This document shows positions 21,959 to 32,875 of a stretch of DNA of 64,000 nucleotides, piece by piece. Under the pieces are notes generated by a model. That model worked only from the letters and a program-made list of their open reading frames with translations, did not search any database and had not been told where the DNA came from. The stretch is taken from contig CAYLHV010000005.1 of assembly GCA_964383745.1 (NCBI GenBank), forward strand, positions 21,033 to 85,032, written 5' to 3'. Made by a program: the position numbers and the translations under genes. The first letter of the stretch is position 1, and the number at the start of each line of letters is the position of its first letter. The stretch is from an uncultured Rickettsiales bacterium. GTDB lineage: Bacteria; Pseudomonadota; Alphaproteobacteria; Rickettsiales; CAYLHV01.

Positions 21959-22281
21959 CCTTTCATTTTACTGACATCATCAACGGCAATTGAGTTATTA
22001 TTTCTAAAAAATGCAACAAGAATTGCAAGTCCAATGGCCGCCTCTGCAGCTGCCACGGTGAGAATCATGATTGTGAAGATCTGGCCGGACAAATCTTTTA
22101 AATGGCTTGAGAAAGCCACAAAATTTATGTTCACCGACAACAAAATCAATTCTATTGACATTAAAATGATGATGATATTTTTTCTATTCAAGAAAATTCC
22201 ACAAATGCCAATCACAAAAATGATGCTACTTAAAATTAAAAAATGTTGTAATTCTATTGTTTGAAACAAAGGATTAGTCAT
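21955..22281 (-). CDS. nuoK: NADH-quinone oxidoreductase subunit K
   Basis: 108 aa, three TM helices ([11 protein letters not shown]). Overlaps nuoL and nuoJ. Confidence 0.9.
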   Translation of the reverse strand: MTNPLFQTIELQHFLILSSIIFVIGICGIFLNRKNIIIILMSIELILLSVNINFVAFSSHLKDLSGQIFTIMILTVAAAEAAIGLAILVAFFRNNNSIAVDDVSKMKG

Positions 22282-22894
22282 TTGTCACCTCAACTCCACT
22301 ACCCGTTTTAACTTTGACAAAAGCAACCGATTCTTTAGGGTCTCTGTCTAATTGTTTTGCAATATTTTGACGTTTCACAGACCTGTCTTTGCGAATGGTT
22401 AAAGCAATTGCACTGATCATGGCCACAAAAAGAACTAGGCCGGCTAATTGAAAAACATAAAAATATTTTGTATAGAGAATTTCACCAATTGCATGAGTGT
22501 TTGTGACTGCTTCATTAAAAGGAGAGCTCACATTATCAAAAATTTTTGCTTGAATTTTTGATGCCTTAAACACCATGATTAATTCAACTAAAAAGAAAAT
22601 TGCAATGATGAGCACCATTGGTAAATTCCTGATGAATCCCTCTTTCAAAGCCACAAAATTCACATTAATCATCATGACCACAAAAAGGAAGAGAACTGCA
22701 ACCGCGCCAACATAGACAATGACCAAAGTCATGGCAATGAATTCTGCGCCAAGAAGTACAAAAATTCCTGAAGCGCTGAAAAATGCGAGAATTAAGAACA
22801 GAACTGAATGAACCGGGTTCTTAACAGAAACCACCATCAATGCTGATGAGATGATGATTATGCTGAAAATGAAAAAAAACATATTTACAATCAT
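22274..22894 (-). CDS. nuoJ: NADH-quinone oxidoreductase subunit J
   Basis: 206-aa membrane subunit ([11 protein letters not shown]). Operon position. Confidence 0.85.
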   Translation of the reverse strand: MIVNMFFFIFSIIIISSALMVVSVKNPVHSVLFLILAFFSASGIFVLLGAEFIAMTLVIVYVGAVAVLFLFVVMMINVNFVALKEGFIRNLPMVLIIAIFFLVELIMVFKASKIQAKIFDNVSSPFNEAVTNTHAIGEILYTKYFYVFQLAGLVLFVAMISAIALTIRKDRSVKRQNIAKQLDRDPKESVAFVKVKTGSGVEVTND

Positions 22895-22930
22895 TGGTTG
22901 TTTTGTCTCTTATATAAAGTTACTAAAAAT

Positions 22931-23419
22931 TCATTTATAAGGATAGTCTGATGAAAGCTTTGTTTCAAGCTCTTTTTCCCAAATTTCTCCATTAGCAAGC
23001 AGTCTTTCTTTATTATATAATAATTCTTCATGTGTTAATGTTGCAAATTCAAAATTTGGACCTTCAACAATTGCATCAACCGGACAAGCTTCTTCACACA
23101 TTCCGCAATATATGCATTTTGTCATGTCAATGTCATAGCGAGTTGTTCTTCTGCTACCATCTTCTCTTGGTTCTGCTTCAATTGTGATGGCTTGTGCTGG
23201 GCAAATTGCTTCACAAAGTTTGCAGGCAATGCAGCGTTCTTCGCCGTTTGGATAGCGCCTTAATGCATGTTCTCCACGGAATCTTGGGCTGATTGGTCCT
23301 TTTTCATAGGGATAGTTGATGGTGACTTTTGGTTTGAACATATATTTTAAAGTTAAAGCCATGCCGGAAATAAGTTCCCATAAGAGCATTGATTTAGCTG
23401 TTTTACTGATGAATTTCAT
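22931..23419 (-). CDS. nuoI: NADH-quinone oxidoreductase subunit I (2x[4Fe-4S] ferredoxin)
   Basis: 162 aa. [12 protein letters not shown] and [12 protein letters not shown] cluster motifs. Confidence 0.9.
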   Translation of the reverse strand: MKFISKTAKSMLLWELISGMALTLKYMFKPKVTINYPYEKGPISPRFRGEHALRRYPNGEERCIACKLCEAICPAQAITIEAEPREDGSRRTTRYDIDMTKCIYCGMCEEACPVDAIVEGPNFEFATLTHEELLYNKERLLANGEIWEKELETKLSSDYPYK

Positions 23420-23440
23420 TTTTCTTCTCTACCATATGAA

Positions 23441-24466
23441 TTATAAATTATTTGGCAAAAGGCCTTTGGAAAGCAGAACTGAGGCTACCAAAACTAACCA
23501 TATTAATGTAAATGGAAGCAAAACTTTCCAACCTAAACGCATTAATTGATCATATCTATAGCGTGGAAATGTTGCGCGAACCCACAAGAAGCAGAAAAGC
23601 ACAAAGCAAACTTTAAGTGCAAACCACAGAAAATTTGGCACAAAACCCAAAAATTCAATGCCAAAAGGTGGAAACCAACCGCCAAAAAAGAAAATCACTA
23701 ACATTGAGCTGACCAAAATCATGTTCGCATATTCCCCAAGAAAAAACATGGCAAATGTCATGGAAGAATATTCCACATTATAGCCCGCAACAAGCTCAGC
23801 TTCTGCCTCAGGAAGGTCAAAAGGCAAGCGATTTGTCTCAGCCAAAATTGAAATGAAAAACACAATCACCATGGGAAAAAGCAAAAGATCAACAAACCAA
23901 GGCAGTGAATGCTTAATTAAAACAATTTCCTTCAAATTCAAAGTTCCAACTGTGAGCAAAACAGTGACAATCACAAGACCCATTGAAACTTCGTAGGAAA
24001 TCATTTGCGCTGAAGAACGAATGGCGCCCAAAAAAGCATATTTAGAATTACTAGCCCAACCAGACATGATGATGCCATAGACCCCCAAAGAGGAAGTGGC
24101 AAGGAGATATAAGACTCCGACATTAATGTTTGAAATTGCACCATTTTCAGAAAATGGAATGACAGCCCAGCCAATTAAACTAAGCACAAAAGTGATCATT
24201 GGTGCAATGATGAAAACAACTTTGCTGGAGCTTGCAGGGATGATGATTTCTTTAAACATCAGCTTCACAGCATCGGCAAATGGCTGTAACAAGCCAAAAG
24301 GGCCAACCACATTAGGGCCGCGACGCATTTGCATGCATGCAATGACTTTCCTCTCTGCCAGAGTTAAATAGGCCACGCAAATTAACAAAGGTAAAGTCAA
24401 AATCAGAATTTTGAAAATAATTTCAACTAGAGGAAGAATGTAAGATTGCCAAATTTCACTATCCAT
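23441..24466 (-). CDS. nuoH: NADH-quinone oxidoreductase subunit H
   Basis: 341-aa polytopic protein ([26 protein letters not shown]). Confidence 0.9.
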   Translation of the reverse strand: MDSEIWQSYILPLVEIIFKILILTLPLLICVAYLTLAERKVIACMQMRRGPNVVGPFGLLQPFADAVKLMFKEIIIPASSSKVVFIIAPMITFVLSLIGWAVIPFSENGAISNINVGVLYLLATSSLGVYGIIMSGWASNSKYAFLGAIRSSAQMISYEVSMGLVIVTVLLTVGTLNLKEIVLIKHSLPWFVDLLLFPMVIVFFISILAETNRLPFDLPEAEAELVAGYNVEYSSMTFAMFFLGEYANMILVSSMLVIFFFGGWFPPFGIEFLGFVPNFLWFALKVCFVLFCFLWVRATFPRYRYDQLMRLGWKVLLPFTLIWLVLVASVLLSKGLLPNNL

Positions 24467-26515
24467 TTACGCACCCGTTTTCTTGAGTTTGATTTTGCTG
24501 ACACATTCAGACATGGTTCTTGAGGCACGGCTGATTGGGTCTGTCATATAATAATTTTCAACTGCAGCAATAATTTTTTTACTTGGCAGGCTCAAATTTG
24601 ATGAAGCTTCAAATTCCCAATTTTCCTGCCTAATTTCGCCATATTGCCCCAAAGACTTATGTTCAGCAAACATTTCTTGCTGCACTTCTTGCACATTTTT
24701 GTGTTCATTAATGCCAAAGAGTTTGTTACGCAACATGCTGATGATTTTCCAATCTTCCAAGGCCTGCCCAAGAGGCTTAATTGCCGCAATAGTTTTTTGC
24801 AAACGACCTTCCAAATTCACAAAACTTGCTTCTTTTTCAACATAGGACGTGGCAGGCAGAATCACATTTGCATTATGTGCACCAACATCACCATGATGAC
24901 CTTGATATATGATGAATGTTTCTTCTAAATCAGAAAGGTCAATTTCATCTGAGCCAAGCAGATATAACACTTTGATGGAGCCATATTTGCAAGCCGAAAT
25001 GATTTCTTTTGTTGACTTACCTTTAGCACCTGGCAAGAAATCTAAATCAAGCCCACCAACTCTAGAAGCAGCTTGATGCAAAATATTGAAACCATTCCAC
25101 TGTCCCGAAATCACGCCAAATTTTTCTGCAATTGCAGCACAAATTCCAAGCATATGCTCGTGAGATTTCAGAGCTTCTTCCCCAAGAATGATCATGGGGT
25201 TTTTTGCATTTTTCAGAATTTTACAAAATTCATGTTTATCATGCAAAATGTCATTTAAAATGCTAATGTCAAGACCAAGATTCTCAATTGCATAGGTCTG
25301 GTCATCAAGAAGGCCAATTGAGGCAATTTTGAAATTTCCCTGCAAAAATCTTTTTCTCAAACGAGCTCCCAAAATGCTGGCTTCAAATCTCGGATTTGCA
25401 CCAATGATGAGGCAAACATCGGCAGACTCAATTCCCGCAATGCTGCTGTTAAACAAGTAAGAAGAACGGCCATGTTTATTATCAATGTGAAGATCTTCAG
25501 GTCTGCAATCTAAATTCTCAGAACCAATCTGCTTCATCAATTTCTTAAGCAAAAACATGGACTCAAGGTCGCTTAAATTCCCTGCAAGAGCAGCAATTTC
25601 TTCTGGCTTTGCATTATTCATTTTTTCTGCAACAAGAGAAATTGCTTCCTTCCAAGTTGCTTTATAGAATTTTCCATCTTTTCTAATGAGAGGAACATCA
25701 AGTCTTTGCAATCTGAGGCCGTCATAGGAAAAACGAGTCTTATCAGAAATCCATTCTTCGTTAATTTCTTCATTAGCGCGCGGAAGAATTCTCATGACCT
25801 GCAAAGCTTTTGAGTCAATTCTGATGTTTGAGCCAACAGCGTCAAGCACGTCAATTGATTCTGTGGGTTTCAGTTCCCAACTTCTTGCAGTGAAAGCAAA
25901 AGGTTTTGAAGTCAAAGCGCCAACAGGGCAAAGGTCAATGATGTTTCCTGAAAGCTCTGAGGAAATCGCTTTTTCCACATAGGTTGAAATTTCAACATGT
26001 TCTCCTCTGCCAATTCCTCCAAGCTCCTCAACTCCAGCAATTTGAGTGATGAACCGGACGCATCTGGTGCAATGAATGCAACGATTCATGTGCGTCTCAA
26101 TGAGCGGACCCATATATTTATCAGGAACAGATCTTTTATTTTCTGTGAAACGATTTTCTCCTCGCCCATAGAACATTGCCTGATCTTGCAAATCACATTC
26201 TCCACCTTGGTCACAAATTGGGCAATCAAGAGGGTGGTTAATGAGCAAAAATTCCATGACACCTTCTCGGCCTTCTTTGACTTTCTTGCTTTTTGTATGC
26301 ACAATCATTCCTTCAGCAGCAGGCATGGCGCAGGATGCAACTAATTTTGGTGATTTTTCAACTTCAACCAAGCACATTCTGCAATTTCCTGCAATTGATA
26401 ATTTTTCATGATAGCAAAATCTAGGGATTTCCTCACCTGCTTGCTCACAAGCTTGCATGACAGTCATTCCGTCCTGCACCTCAATTTCTTTTCCGTCAAT
26501 TATCAATTTTGGCAT
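24467..26515 (-). CDS. nuoG: NADH-quinone oxidoreductase subunit G
   Basis: N-terminal 2Fe-2S/4Fe-4S Cys motifs (CRMCLVE, HPLDCPICDQGGEC, CIHCTRC). The ORF track starts at a TTG (26530). The ATG at 26515 (MPKLIIDGKEI), preceded by GAGGA, is the likelier start. Confidence 0.9.
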   Translation of the reverse strand: MPKLIIDGKEIEVQDGMTVMQACEQAGEEIPRFCYHEKLSIAGNCRMCLVEVEKSPKLVASCAMPAAEGMIVHTKSKKVKEGREGVMEFLLINHPLDCPICDQGGECDLQDQAMFYGRGENRFTENKRSVPDKYMGPLIETHMNRCIHCTRCVRFITQIAGVEELGGIGRGEHVEISTYVEKAISSELSGNIIDLCPVGALTSKPFAFTARSWELKPTESIDVLDAVGSNIRIDSKALQVMRILPRANEEINEEWISDKTRFSYDGLRLQRLDVPLIRKDGKFYKATWKEAISLVAEKMNNAKPEEIAALAGNLSDLESMFLLKKLMKQIGSENLDCRPEDLHIDNKHGRSSYLFNSSIAGIESADVCLIIGANPRFEASILGARLRKRFLQGNFKIASIGLLDDQTYAIENLGLDISILNDILHDKHEFCKILKNAKNPMIILGEEALKSHEHMLGICAAIAEKFGVISGQWNGFNILHQAASRVGGLDLDFLPGAKGKSTKEIISACKYGSIKVLYLLGSDEIDLSDLEETFIIYQGHHGDVGAHNANVILPATSYVEKEASFVNLEGRLQKTIAAIKPLGQALEDWKIISMLRNKLFGINEHKNVQEVQQEMFAEHKSLGQYGEIRQENWEFEASSNLSLPSKKIIAAVENYYMTDPISRASRTMSECVSKIKLKKTGA

Positions 26516-26526
26516 TTGTGTAATCC

Positions 26527-27807
26527 TCAAGCAATTCTTTGTCTGTTGCGATAGTTCTTAATTCTTTGTTCAATTTCTGGCCTGAAATGTCTAATCAAGC
26601 CCTGAATTGGCCAGGCGGCTGCGTCACCAAGTGCGCAAATTGTGTGGCCTTCAATTTGTTTTGTCACTTTTTCCAGCATGTCAATTTCTTCAATTTTGGC
26701 ATTACCCTCAACCAACCGCACCATCACACGCCACATCCAGCCTGTTCCTTCACGACATGGAGTGCATTGACCGCAAGATTCATGCATGTAGAATTTACTG
26801 AGACGCGCAATTGCTTTAATGACATCTGTTGATTTATCCATGACAATGATTCCAGCTGTTCCTAGACCAGATTGAACATTTTTTAAACTGTCAAAATCCA
26901 TTAAAACTGTGTCACAAATTGACTTTGGCAAAAGTGGAACTGAAGAGCCGCCTGGAATGACTGCAAGCAAATTATCCCAACCGCCACGAACTCCACCAGC
27001 ATGTTTCTCAATTAACTCTTTCAAAGGAATTCCCATTTCTTCTTCAACATTGCACGGATTATTCACATGACCAGAAATGCAGAAAATTTTTGTTCCAGTG
27101 TTACCTGGCCTGCCAATGGAAGCAAACCAATCAGCTCCTCTTCTTAAAATTGTGGGCACCACAGCAATTGATTCAACATTATTAATTGTTGTTGGGCAGC
27201 CATATAGGCCAATTGCGGCAGGGAAGGGTGGTTTAAGACGCGGCATGCCTTTTCTGCCTTCGAGACTTTCAAGCAATGCTGTTTCTTCACCGCAAATATA
27301 TGCACCAGCTCCTCTATGAAGATGCAAGTTAAAATCAAAGCCAGAGCCGCATGCATTCTTGCCAATGAGTCCATTTTCATAGGCCTCGTCAATGGCTTTT
27401 TGGAGAATCGCTGCTTCATTATAAAACTCACCTCGAATGTAAATATAGCAAGTAGAGGCATTCATTGCAAAGCTTGCAATCAAACAACCTTCAATGAGTT
27501 TATGTGGCTCATTTCTGATGATGTCGCGGTCTTTACATGTGCCTGGCTCGCTTTCATCAGCATTAACCACTAAATAGGATGGTTTATCAGATTTTTTTGG
27601 CATGAAAGACCATTTGGTGCCAGTTGGGAAGCCAGCTCCTCCTCTTCCTCTGAGGCCTGATTTTTTAACTTCTTCAATTAACCAATCTTGGCCTTTTGAT
27701 AAAAATTCTTTTGTTGAATTCCAATCGCCCCTTTTTTTTGCTGACTCAAGAGTGAAACTTTCTTCTCCATAGAGATTAGAGAAAATTCTATCATTTTTAT
27801 TTAGCAT
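26527..27807 (-). CDS. nuoF: NADH-quinone oxidoreductase subunit F
   Basis: [13 protein letters not shown] (FMN/NADH site) and [12 protein letters not shown] (N3 cluster). The internal ATG at 27807 ([14 protein letters not shown]) fits NuoF N-termini. The longer track ORF (to 27879) would overlap nuoE by 83 nt. Confidence 0.9.
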   Translation of the reverse strand: MLNKNDRIFSNLYGEESFTLESAKKRGDWNSTKEFLSKGQDWLIEEVKKSGLRGRGGAGFPTGTKWSFMPKKSDKPSYLVVNADESEPGTCKDRDIIRNEPHKLIEGCLIASFAMNASTCYIYIRGEFYNEAAILQKAIDEAYENGLIGKNACGSGFDFNLHLHRGAGAYICGEETALLESLEGRKGMPRLKPPFPAAIGLYGCPTTINNVESIAVVPTILRRGADWFASIGRPGNTGTKIFCISGHVNNPCNVEEEMGIPLKELIEKHAGGVRGGWDNLLAVIPGGSSVPLLPKSICDTVLMDFDSLKNVQSGLGTAGIIVMDKSTDVIKAIARLSKFYMHESCGQCTPCREGTGWMWRVMVRLVEGNAKIEEIDMLEKVTKQIEGHTICALGDAAAWPIQGLIRHFRPEIEQRIKNYRNRQRIA

Positions 27808-28390
27808 TTTCCGTCTCCTGATTCTTAAGTTCCGCTTCAGATAATGGTTTTGAGCATTGTCTGTTTTTATATGAACCAATTTTCACATTTTTTCCATTTT
27901 TGAGCGTTTTCACAATTTGTGCAATATTTTCTGGTGAAATATCTTCCACAAAATCATCATTAATTTGCACAATTGGCGCGTTAACACAAGCACCGAGGCA
28001 CTCCACCTCAACTAAACTAAACATGCCATCTTCTGTTGATTGTCCTGGTTTAATGCCAAGCTCTGTTTCTAAAGTTTTCATGATTTTTTCTGCGCCACAA
28101 AGCATGCAAGGTGTGGTTCCGCAAACTTGAACCAAAAATTTTCCAACTGGTTTCAAGTTAAACATTGTGTAAAAACTAGCAACTTCATAAACTCTCATGG
28201 TGGCAACTTCAGCAATTAATGCAATTTCATCCATTGCCTCCATTGAAACCCAGCCTCCAGACTGTCTTTGCGCCAAGTCAAGCAATGGGAGAATTGCACT
28301 TGCTTTTCTGTCAGCAGGATATTTTGCCAAAATTTGTTCGATTTTTTTGGAATTTTCTGAGTCAAATTTAAAAATTTTCCTTTCTGTCAT
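27797..28390 (-). CDS. nuoE: NADH-quinone oxidoreductase subunit E
   Basis: 197 aa. 2Fe-2S motifs VCGTTPC and ECLGAC. Confidence 0.9.
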   Translation of the reverse strand: MTERKIFKFDSENSKKIEQILAKYPADRKASAILPLLDLAQRQSGGWVSMEAMDEIALIAEVATMRVYEVASFYTMFNLKPVGKFLVQVCGTTPCMLCGAEKIMKTLETELGIKPGQSTEDGMFSLVEVECLGACVNAPIVQINDDFVEDISPENIAQIVKTLKNGKNVKIGSYKNRQCSKPLSEAELKNQETENAK

Positions 28391-29565
28391 CTATCTACTT
28401 CTCCAAAAACAATATCTAAACTCCCAATATTTGTCACAACATCTGCAAGCATGTGGTTTCTTGACATGAAATCAAGACCTTGTAAATGAGCAAATCCTGG
28501 GGCTTTAATTCGGCATCTATATGGCTTGTTAGTGCCATTTGCCACTAAATAAACACCAAATTCACCTTTTGGCGCTTCCACAGCTGCATAGCACTCACCT
28601 TGAGGAACTCTAAATCCTTCGGTATATAGTTTAAAATGGTGAATTAACGCTTCCATTGAGCGCTTCATTTCTGCTCTTGGCGGCGGCGCGATTTTGCGAT
28701 CTAATGTCATCACCGGACCTTTCGGCATTTCATTCAAACATTGCTTAATGATTTTAATTGATTCATACATTTCACCAACACGGAGCAAATAGCGATCATA
28801 GCAATCACCATTTTTGCCAATCACAACGTCAAAATCCATTTTATCATAAATTTCATATGGCTGCGATTTTCTCAAATCCCAAGCAATTCCAGAACCTCTG
28901 AGCATCGGACCACTGAAACCCCAATTCATGGCTTCTTCTTTCGAAACAACTCCAATGTCAACCGTTCTTTGCTTCCAAATTCTGTTTTCAGTGAGCAAAT
29001 CTTCAACATCTGCAAGAATTTTTGGAAAATCTTCTGCAAAATCCATGATCTCTTCTTCAAGGCCATGTGGCAAATCGCCAGAGACACCTCCTGGACGGAA
29101 ATAATTTGCATGCATTCTGCCACCTGAAACTTTTTCATAAAATTCCATCATTTTTTCACGTTCTTCAAAAAGCCACAAAAGAGGTGTTGTTGCCCCTAAA
29201 TCCAAAGCTTGCGTTGCAATGTTTAAAGTGTGATTCAAAATTCTGGTGATTTCACTAAAAAGAACGCGAATATATTGCGCTCTCATTGGCACTTCGCAAT
29301 TAAGCAGTTTTTCAACCGCTAAAGCAAATGCATGTTCCTGACACATTGGTGAGACATAGTCCAGCCTGTCAAAATAAGGCACGGCCTGGAGGTAAGTCTT
29401 ATGTTCGATGAGTTTTTCTGTGCCTCTGTGAAGCAAGCCAATGTGAGGATCTGCACGTTCAATGACCTCCCCATCCATTTCAAGAATCAGCCTTAACACA
29501 CCATGAGCAGCAGGGTGCTGAGGGCCAAAATTAAGGGTCATGTTTTTAAGTTCAACTTCAGACAT
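28387..29565 (-). CDS. nuoD: NADH-quinone oxidoreductase subunit D
   Basis: 392 aa. [16 protein letters not shown] and the C-terminal DIVFGEVDR. Confidence 0.9.
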   Translation of the reverse strand: MSEVELKNMTLNFGPQHPAAHGVLRLILEMDGEVIERADPHIGLLHRGTEKLIEHKTYLQAVPYFDRLDYVSPMCQEHAFALAVEKLLNCEVPMRAQYIRVLFSEITRILNHTLNIATQALDLGATTPLLWLFEEREKMMEFYEKVSGGRMHANYFRPGGVSGDLPHGLEEEIMDFAEDFPKILADVEDLLTENRIWKQRTVDIGVVSKEEAMNWGFSGPMLRGSGIAWDLRKSQPYEIYDKMDFDVVIGKNGDCYDRYLLRVGEMYESIKIIKQCLNEMPKGPVMTLDRKIAPPPRAEMKRSMEALIHHFKLYTEGFRVPQGECYAAVEAPKGEFGVYLVANGTNKPYRCRIKAPGFAHLQGLDFMSRNHMLADVVTNIGSLDIVFGEVDR

Positions 29566-29583
29566 TTCATTTATGCTCTTAAT

Positions 29584-30183
29584 TTAAAATTTTTCTGGGT
29601 CAAATTTTGCTTTTTCATCACCAGGAAGCTCGGCTGCAATGCCCTCCCACGGACTTTCAAAATCAAAATTACGAAATTCTTGTGTTAAATTCACTGGTTC
29701 ATAGACAACTTTTTTTTGCTCTTCATCATAGCGCACCTGGTGATAGCCGCTTAAGGGGAAATCTTTTCTTAAAGGGTGACCTTGGAAGCCATAGTCAGTG
29801 AGAATTCTTCTCAAATCTGGGTGATTCTCAAAAATGATGCCATACATGTCGAAAATTTCACGCTCATACCACCCAGCCCCTTGGAATATTTCACAAGACG
29901 AAGGCGCATGTTCACCTTCTGCCAAATTAATTTTAACACAAATTCTTTGGTTTTCTTCTAAATTTAAGAGATTATAAATGACTTCAAATCTCTTAACCCT
30001 ATTCAAAAAATCACAAGCAAAAACATCTGTGATCACGCGAAACTTCAATTCATCTTTAAGGGTGGTAAGACATTTGATTAAGTCCTTTTTTTCAACCATA
30101 ACAAAGACCATATCTTTCTCTTTTCGCACATCTGAAGTGAATTTGGCTAAAGATTTTTTTAGATTATCAAAGAAATTTGTCAT
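29584..30183 (-). CDS. nuoC: NADH-quinone oxidoreductase subunit C
   Basis: 199 aa. [22 protein letters not shown]. Confidence 0.9.
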   Translation of the reverse strand: MTNFFDNLKKSLAKFTSDVRKEKDMVFVMVEKKDLIKCLTTLKDELKFRVITDVFACDFLNRVKRFEVIYNLLNLEENQRICVKINLAEGEHAPSSCEIFQGAGWYEREIFDMYGIIFENHPDLRRILTDYGFQGHPLRKDFPLSGYHQVRYDEEQKKVVYEPVNLTQEFRNFDFESPWEGIAAELPGDEKAKFDPEKF

Positions 30184-30192
30184 ATTTTCATC

Positions 30193-30735
30193 TCATCTTT
30201 TAATCGTGCCAACTTTGGCAATTTTTCTTTGAAGCTGCAAAACGCCATAGAGCAGTGCCTCAGCAGTTGGAGGGCAGCCAGGAACATAAACGTCAACAGG
30301 CACAATTTTGTCACATCCACGCACCACTGAATAGGAATAGTGATAATAGCCACCGCCATTTGCGCAGCTTCCCATGGAAATGACATAGCGCGGTTCAGGC
30401 ATTTGGTCATAGACTTTTCTTAATGCGGGTGCCATTTTATTTGTGAGAGTTCCGGCCACAATCATCACATCTGACTGTCTTGGACTTGGCCTAAAAAGCA
30501 ATCCAAACCTGTCCATATCATAGCGGCTGCCGGCTGCTTGCATCATTTCCACAGCGCAGCAAGCAAGGCCGAAAGTCATTGGCCAAAGAGACCCCGTTCT
30601 TGCCCAATTTGCAAGCTGGTCAAGTTTTGCAAGCACAAATCCTCTATCTTGAATTTCCTCAGCAACTTTATTAATCAACAAATCTTGATCTGTTGATGGC
30701 TTCATTTGATATAAATTTTTATTTAAATTTGTCAT
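30193..30735 (-). CDS. nuoB: NADH-quinone oxidoreductase subunit B
   Basis: 180 aa. [23 protein letters not shown] (N2 cluster ligands). Confidence 0.9.
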   Translation of the reverse strand: MTNLNKNLYQMKPSTDQDLLINKVAEEIQDRGFVLAKLDQLANWARTGSLWPMTFGLACCAVEMMQAAGSRYDMDRFGLLFRPSPRQSDVMIVAGTLTNKMAPALRKVYDQMPEPRYVISMGSCANGGGYYHYSYSVVRGCDKIVPVDVYVPGCPPTAEALLYGVLQLQRKIAKVGTIKR

Positions 30736-30768
30736 TATTTTTAATTTCTCATAAATTCTAATGATTAA

Positions 30769-31146
30769 TCATTCCCAGTCCAAAGCACCTTTTTTCCATT
30801 CATAAATAAAACCAACTGTTAAAATGAAAAGGAACAGCATCATTGACCAAAAACCAAACATTCCAATTTTTCCAAGAGTGATGGCCCAAGGGAAGAGAAA
30901 AGCAATTTCCAGATCAAAAATGATGAAAAGAATGGCGACCAAATAGAATCTGACATCAAATTCGCCTCTTGAATCATTGAAAGGCTCAAAACCACATTCA
31001 TAGGCGCTGAGTTTTTGCTCACCTGGTTTATTTGAAGCAAGGACCATGGGAATCAGAAAAAACAAAATTGAAAAAGCTGAGGCAATGATGAAAAAAACAA
31101 TCACCGGAAAATATTCATTCAAAATGGCATAATTTATTATTGGCAT
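30769..31146 (-). CDS. nuoA: NADH-quinone oxidoreductase subunit A
   Basis: YECGFEPF motif. The ATG at 31146 ([12 protein letters not shown]) gives the usual ~125-aa size. The track start is at 31176. Confidence 0.85.
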   Translation of the reverse strand: MPIINYAILNEYFPVIVFFIIASAFSILFFLIPMVLASNKPGEQKLSAYECGFEPFNDSRGEFDVRFYLVAILFIIFDLEIAFLFPWAITLGKIGMFGFWSMMLFLFILTVGFIYEWKKGALDWE

Positions 31147-31333
31147 TATTCGAATTTCCACCCTATCTAATAACATTTTACTATCAGAAATTATAGCATG
31201 AGATACAGATATTACATATAATTTTGAGTTATAATAGGCAAAAAGGGCAAAAACTTCAATAGTAAAATGCTAAAATAGCACATAAATTTCCAAAAAGTTT
31301 TTCACAAAATCCTTGCCTTGAGAAAGTTCTAAC

Positions 31334-31362
31334 TTGAAATATAGTAAAATGATATATAGAAT
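31334..31362 (+). promoter_or_regulatory. Candidate sigma70-type promoter for mipZ (TTGAAA-N17-TAGAAT)
   Basis: TTGAAA at 31334-31339, a 17-nt spacer and TAGAAT at 31357-31362, ~34 nt upstream of the ATG at 31396. Such matches are frequent by chance in AT-rich DNA. Confidence 0.3.
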
Positions 31363-31395
31363 ATACATATGTAGTTTAATAATAAAAGAAATAAA

Positions 31396-32304
31396 ATGAA
31401 AATAATTGCACCAGAAAAAACAGAGAATCTTGAAACGCCTAAAGAAAATTGTCATGTCATTGTGATTGGTAATGAAAAAGGTGGGGCAGGGAAGACCACA
31501 ACTTCAATGCATTTAATTGTGAGCCTTCTTGAATTAGGGTTCAAAGTTTCAACTTTAGATCTTGATGTGAGACAGCGTTCACTTTCACGCTATTTGGAAA
31601 ATCGATTTAAAACTTCAAGCAATAATGAAATTCCTCTTTCAATGCCTAATCACTATGTAATTGTGGAAAGTCAGAAGAATAATTTTGAGGAAAAAGAAGC
31701 GGAAGAAAGGCAAAATTTTCTTGAGATTTTTTCTGATGCTTGCAAAACAAGTGATTTTGTGGTCATTGACACGCCAGGAAGCAACAGCTTTCTTTCAAGA
31801 ATGGCACATTCGCACGCCGACACAATCATCACCCCAATTAATGACAGTTTTCTAGATCTTGATGTGCTTGCAAATGTTGAAGCAGAGACTTTGAAAATCA
31901 TTAAACCAACATTCTATGCTCAGACAATTTGGGAGCAAAAAATGGAAAAAGCAAAGAAAGATCCAAAAAAGCCAGTGCATGCCCAAATTGACTGGATTGT
32001 TGTGAGAAACAGGCTGAGCAATCTTGACGCAAAAAACAAGCAAAAAGTTCAAAAGGTTTTGGAAGAACTTTCCAAAAAAGTTGGCTTCAGGCTTGGACAT
32101 GGTTTCAGCGAAAGGGTGATTTTCAGAGAACTTTTCCTCGAAGGACTCACTGTGCTTGACCTTGAAAAAGATGGGGTGAGAAGTAAAAATTTAGGAATTT
32201 CCGAAATTGCAGCAAGGCAAGAACTCAGAAATTTCATTAAGTTTCTAGGAATCAAAAAAATCAATAATTCTCTCGTTAACAGCAAAGAAGAAGAAATAGC
32301 TTAA
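31396..32304 (+). CDS. mipZ: ParA-family division-plane positioning ATPase MipZ
   Basis: 302 aa. VIVIGNEKGGAGKTTTSMHL...LDLDVRQRSLSRYLENR closely follows the MipZ N-terminal pattern (deviant Walker A plus the LDLD.RQR segment). Confidence 0.75.
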   Translation: MKIIAPEKTENLETPKENCHVIVIGNEKGGAGKTTTSMHLIVSLLELGFKVSTLDLDVRQRSLSRYLENRFKTSSNNEIPLSMPNHYVIVESQKNNFEEKEAEERQNFLEIFSDACKTSDFVVIDTPGSNSFLSRMAHSHADTIITPINDSFLDLDVLANVEAETLKIIKPTFYAQTIWEQKMEKAKKDPKKPVHAQIDWIVVRNRLSNLDAKNKQKVQKVLEELSKKVGFRLGHGFSERVIFRELFLEGLTVLDLEKDGVRSKNLGISEIAARQELRNFIKFLGIKKINNSLVNSKEEEIA

Positions 32305-32310
32305 CATAAA

Positions 32311-32685
32311 ATGAAAAGAAAATTTTTAAATGCAGCCAGCATTGGTGACATTGAAGCTGTGCGCTTGGCTTTAGCAGAAAATATTGATCCTAACTCAAAA
32401 GATGACAGAGGTGACACAGCGTTGATCTATGCAGTGGCAAATGGACATGCTGAGATTGTGGAATTGCTTCTTCATGTTGGTGCAAAAATTGAGCAAGAAA
32501 ATTTCTTTGGCACAAATGCGTTGCAAAATTCAGCTCACTTCCCTGAAATATATGAAATGCTTTTAAACCATCTTTTAGTAAAAGCATGCAAAACTGGCAA
32601 ATTATTCTCTGCCAAGATTTTGGCCGAAAGAGCATGTTCAACAAATGAAAATGCCATAAAAAATTTCCATCATTTTGCAAATTAG
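32311..32685 (+). CDS. Ankyrin-repeat protein (short)
   Basis: 124 aa. ANK consensus DDRGDTALIYAVANGHAEIVELLLHVGAKI plus a flanking partial repeat. Confidence 0.8.
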   Translation: MKRKFLNAASIGDIEAVRLALAENIDPNSKDDRGDTALIYAVANGHAEIVELLLHVGAKIEQENFFGTNALQNSAHFPEIYEMLLNHLLVKACKTGKLFSAKILAERACSTNENAIKNFHHFAN

Positions 32686-32753
32686 GACTTGTAATAACAT
32701 TTGAAATAGCATATATTCACTCGAGTAAATAACCAATTTCCAGGAAGTCTTAA

Positions 32754-32875
32754 TTGTCAAATCTCGAAAATAGCACAGCAAAAGAAATTTTAGCCGTAAC
32801 TCAAAAAAAAACTTCAATTTCCGCAGTTTAAATTTTAAACCTAATGATCTGAAAAAAATCATCTCTCTTTGTTTC
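32754..32875 (+). other. Probable 5' extension of tlc: TTG start with SD, separated from the tlc frame by an A9 tract (32803-32811)
   Basis: AGGAAG (32742-32747) lies 6 nt before TTG 32754, which opens MSNLENSTAKEILAVTQKK in frame 0. After the A9 run the tlc frame reads NFNFRSLNFKPNDLKKIISLCF with no start codon of its own (open from 32774). A -1 shift in the A run joins the two frames. Confidence 0.5.

Noticed and set aside
16945-31176. Numerous 60-140-aa ORFs antisense to or out of frame within nuo genes (e.g. 17516-17743, 19282-19524, 20401-20661, 24096-24371, 25997-26344, 27144-27461, 28926-29138).
   Set aside because: They lie entirely inside long, motif-verified nuo coding regions. They have low-complexity or Cys/Phe-rich translations and no ribosome-binding sites, so they are shadow ORFs.
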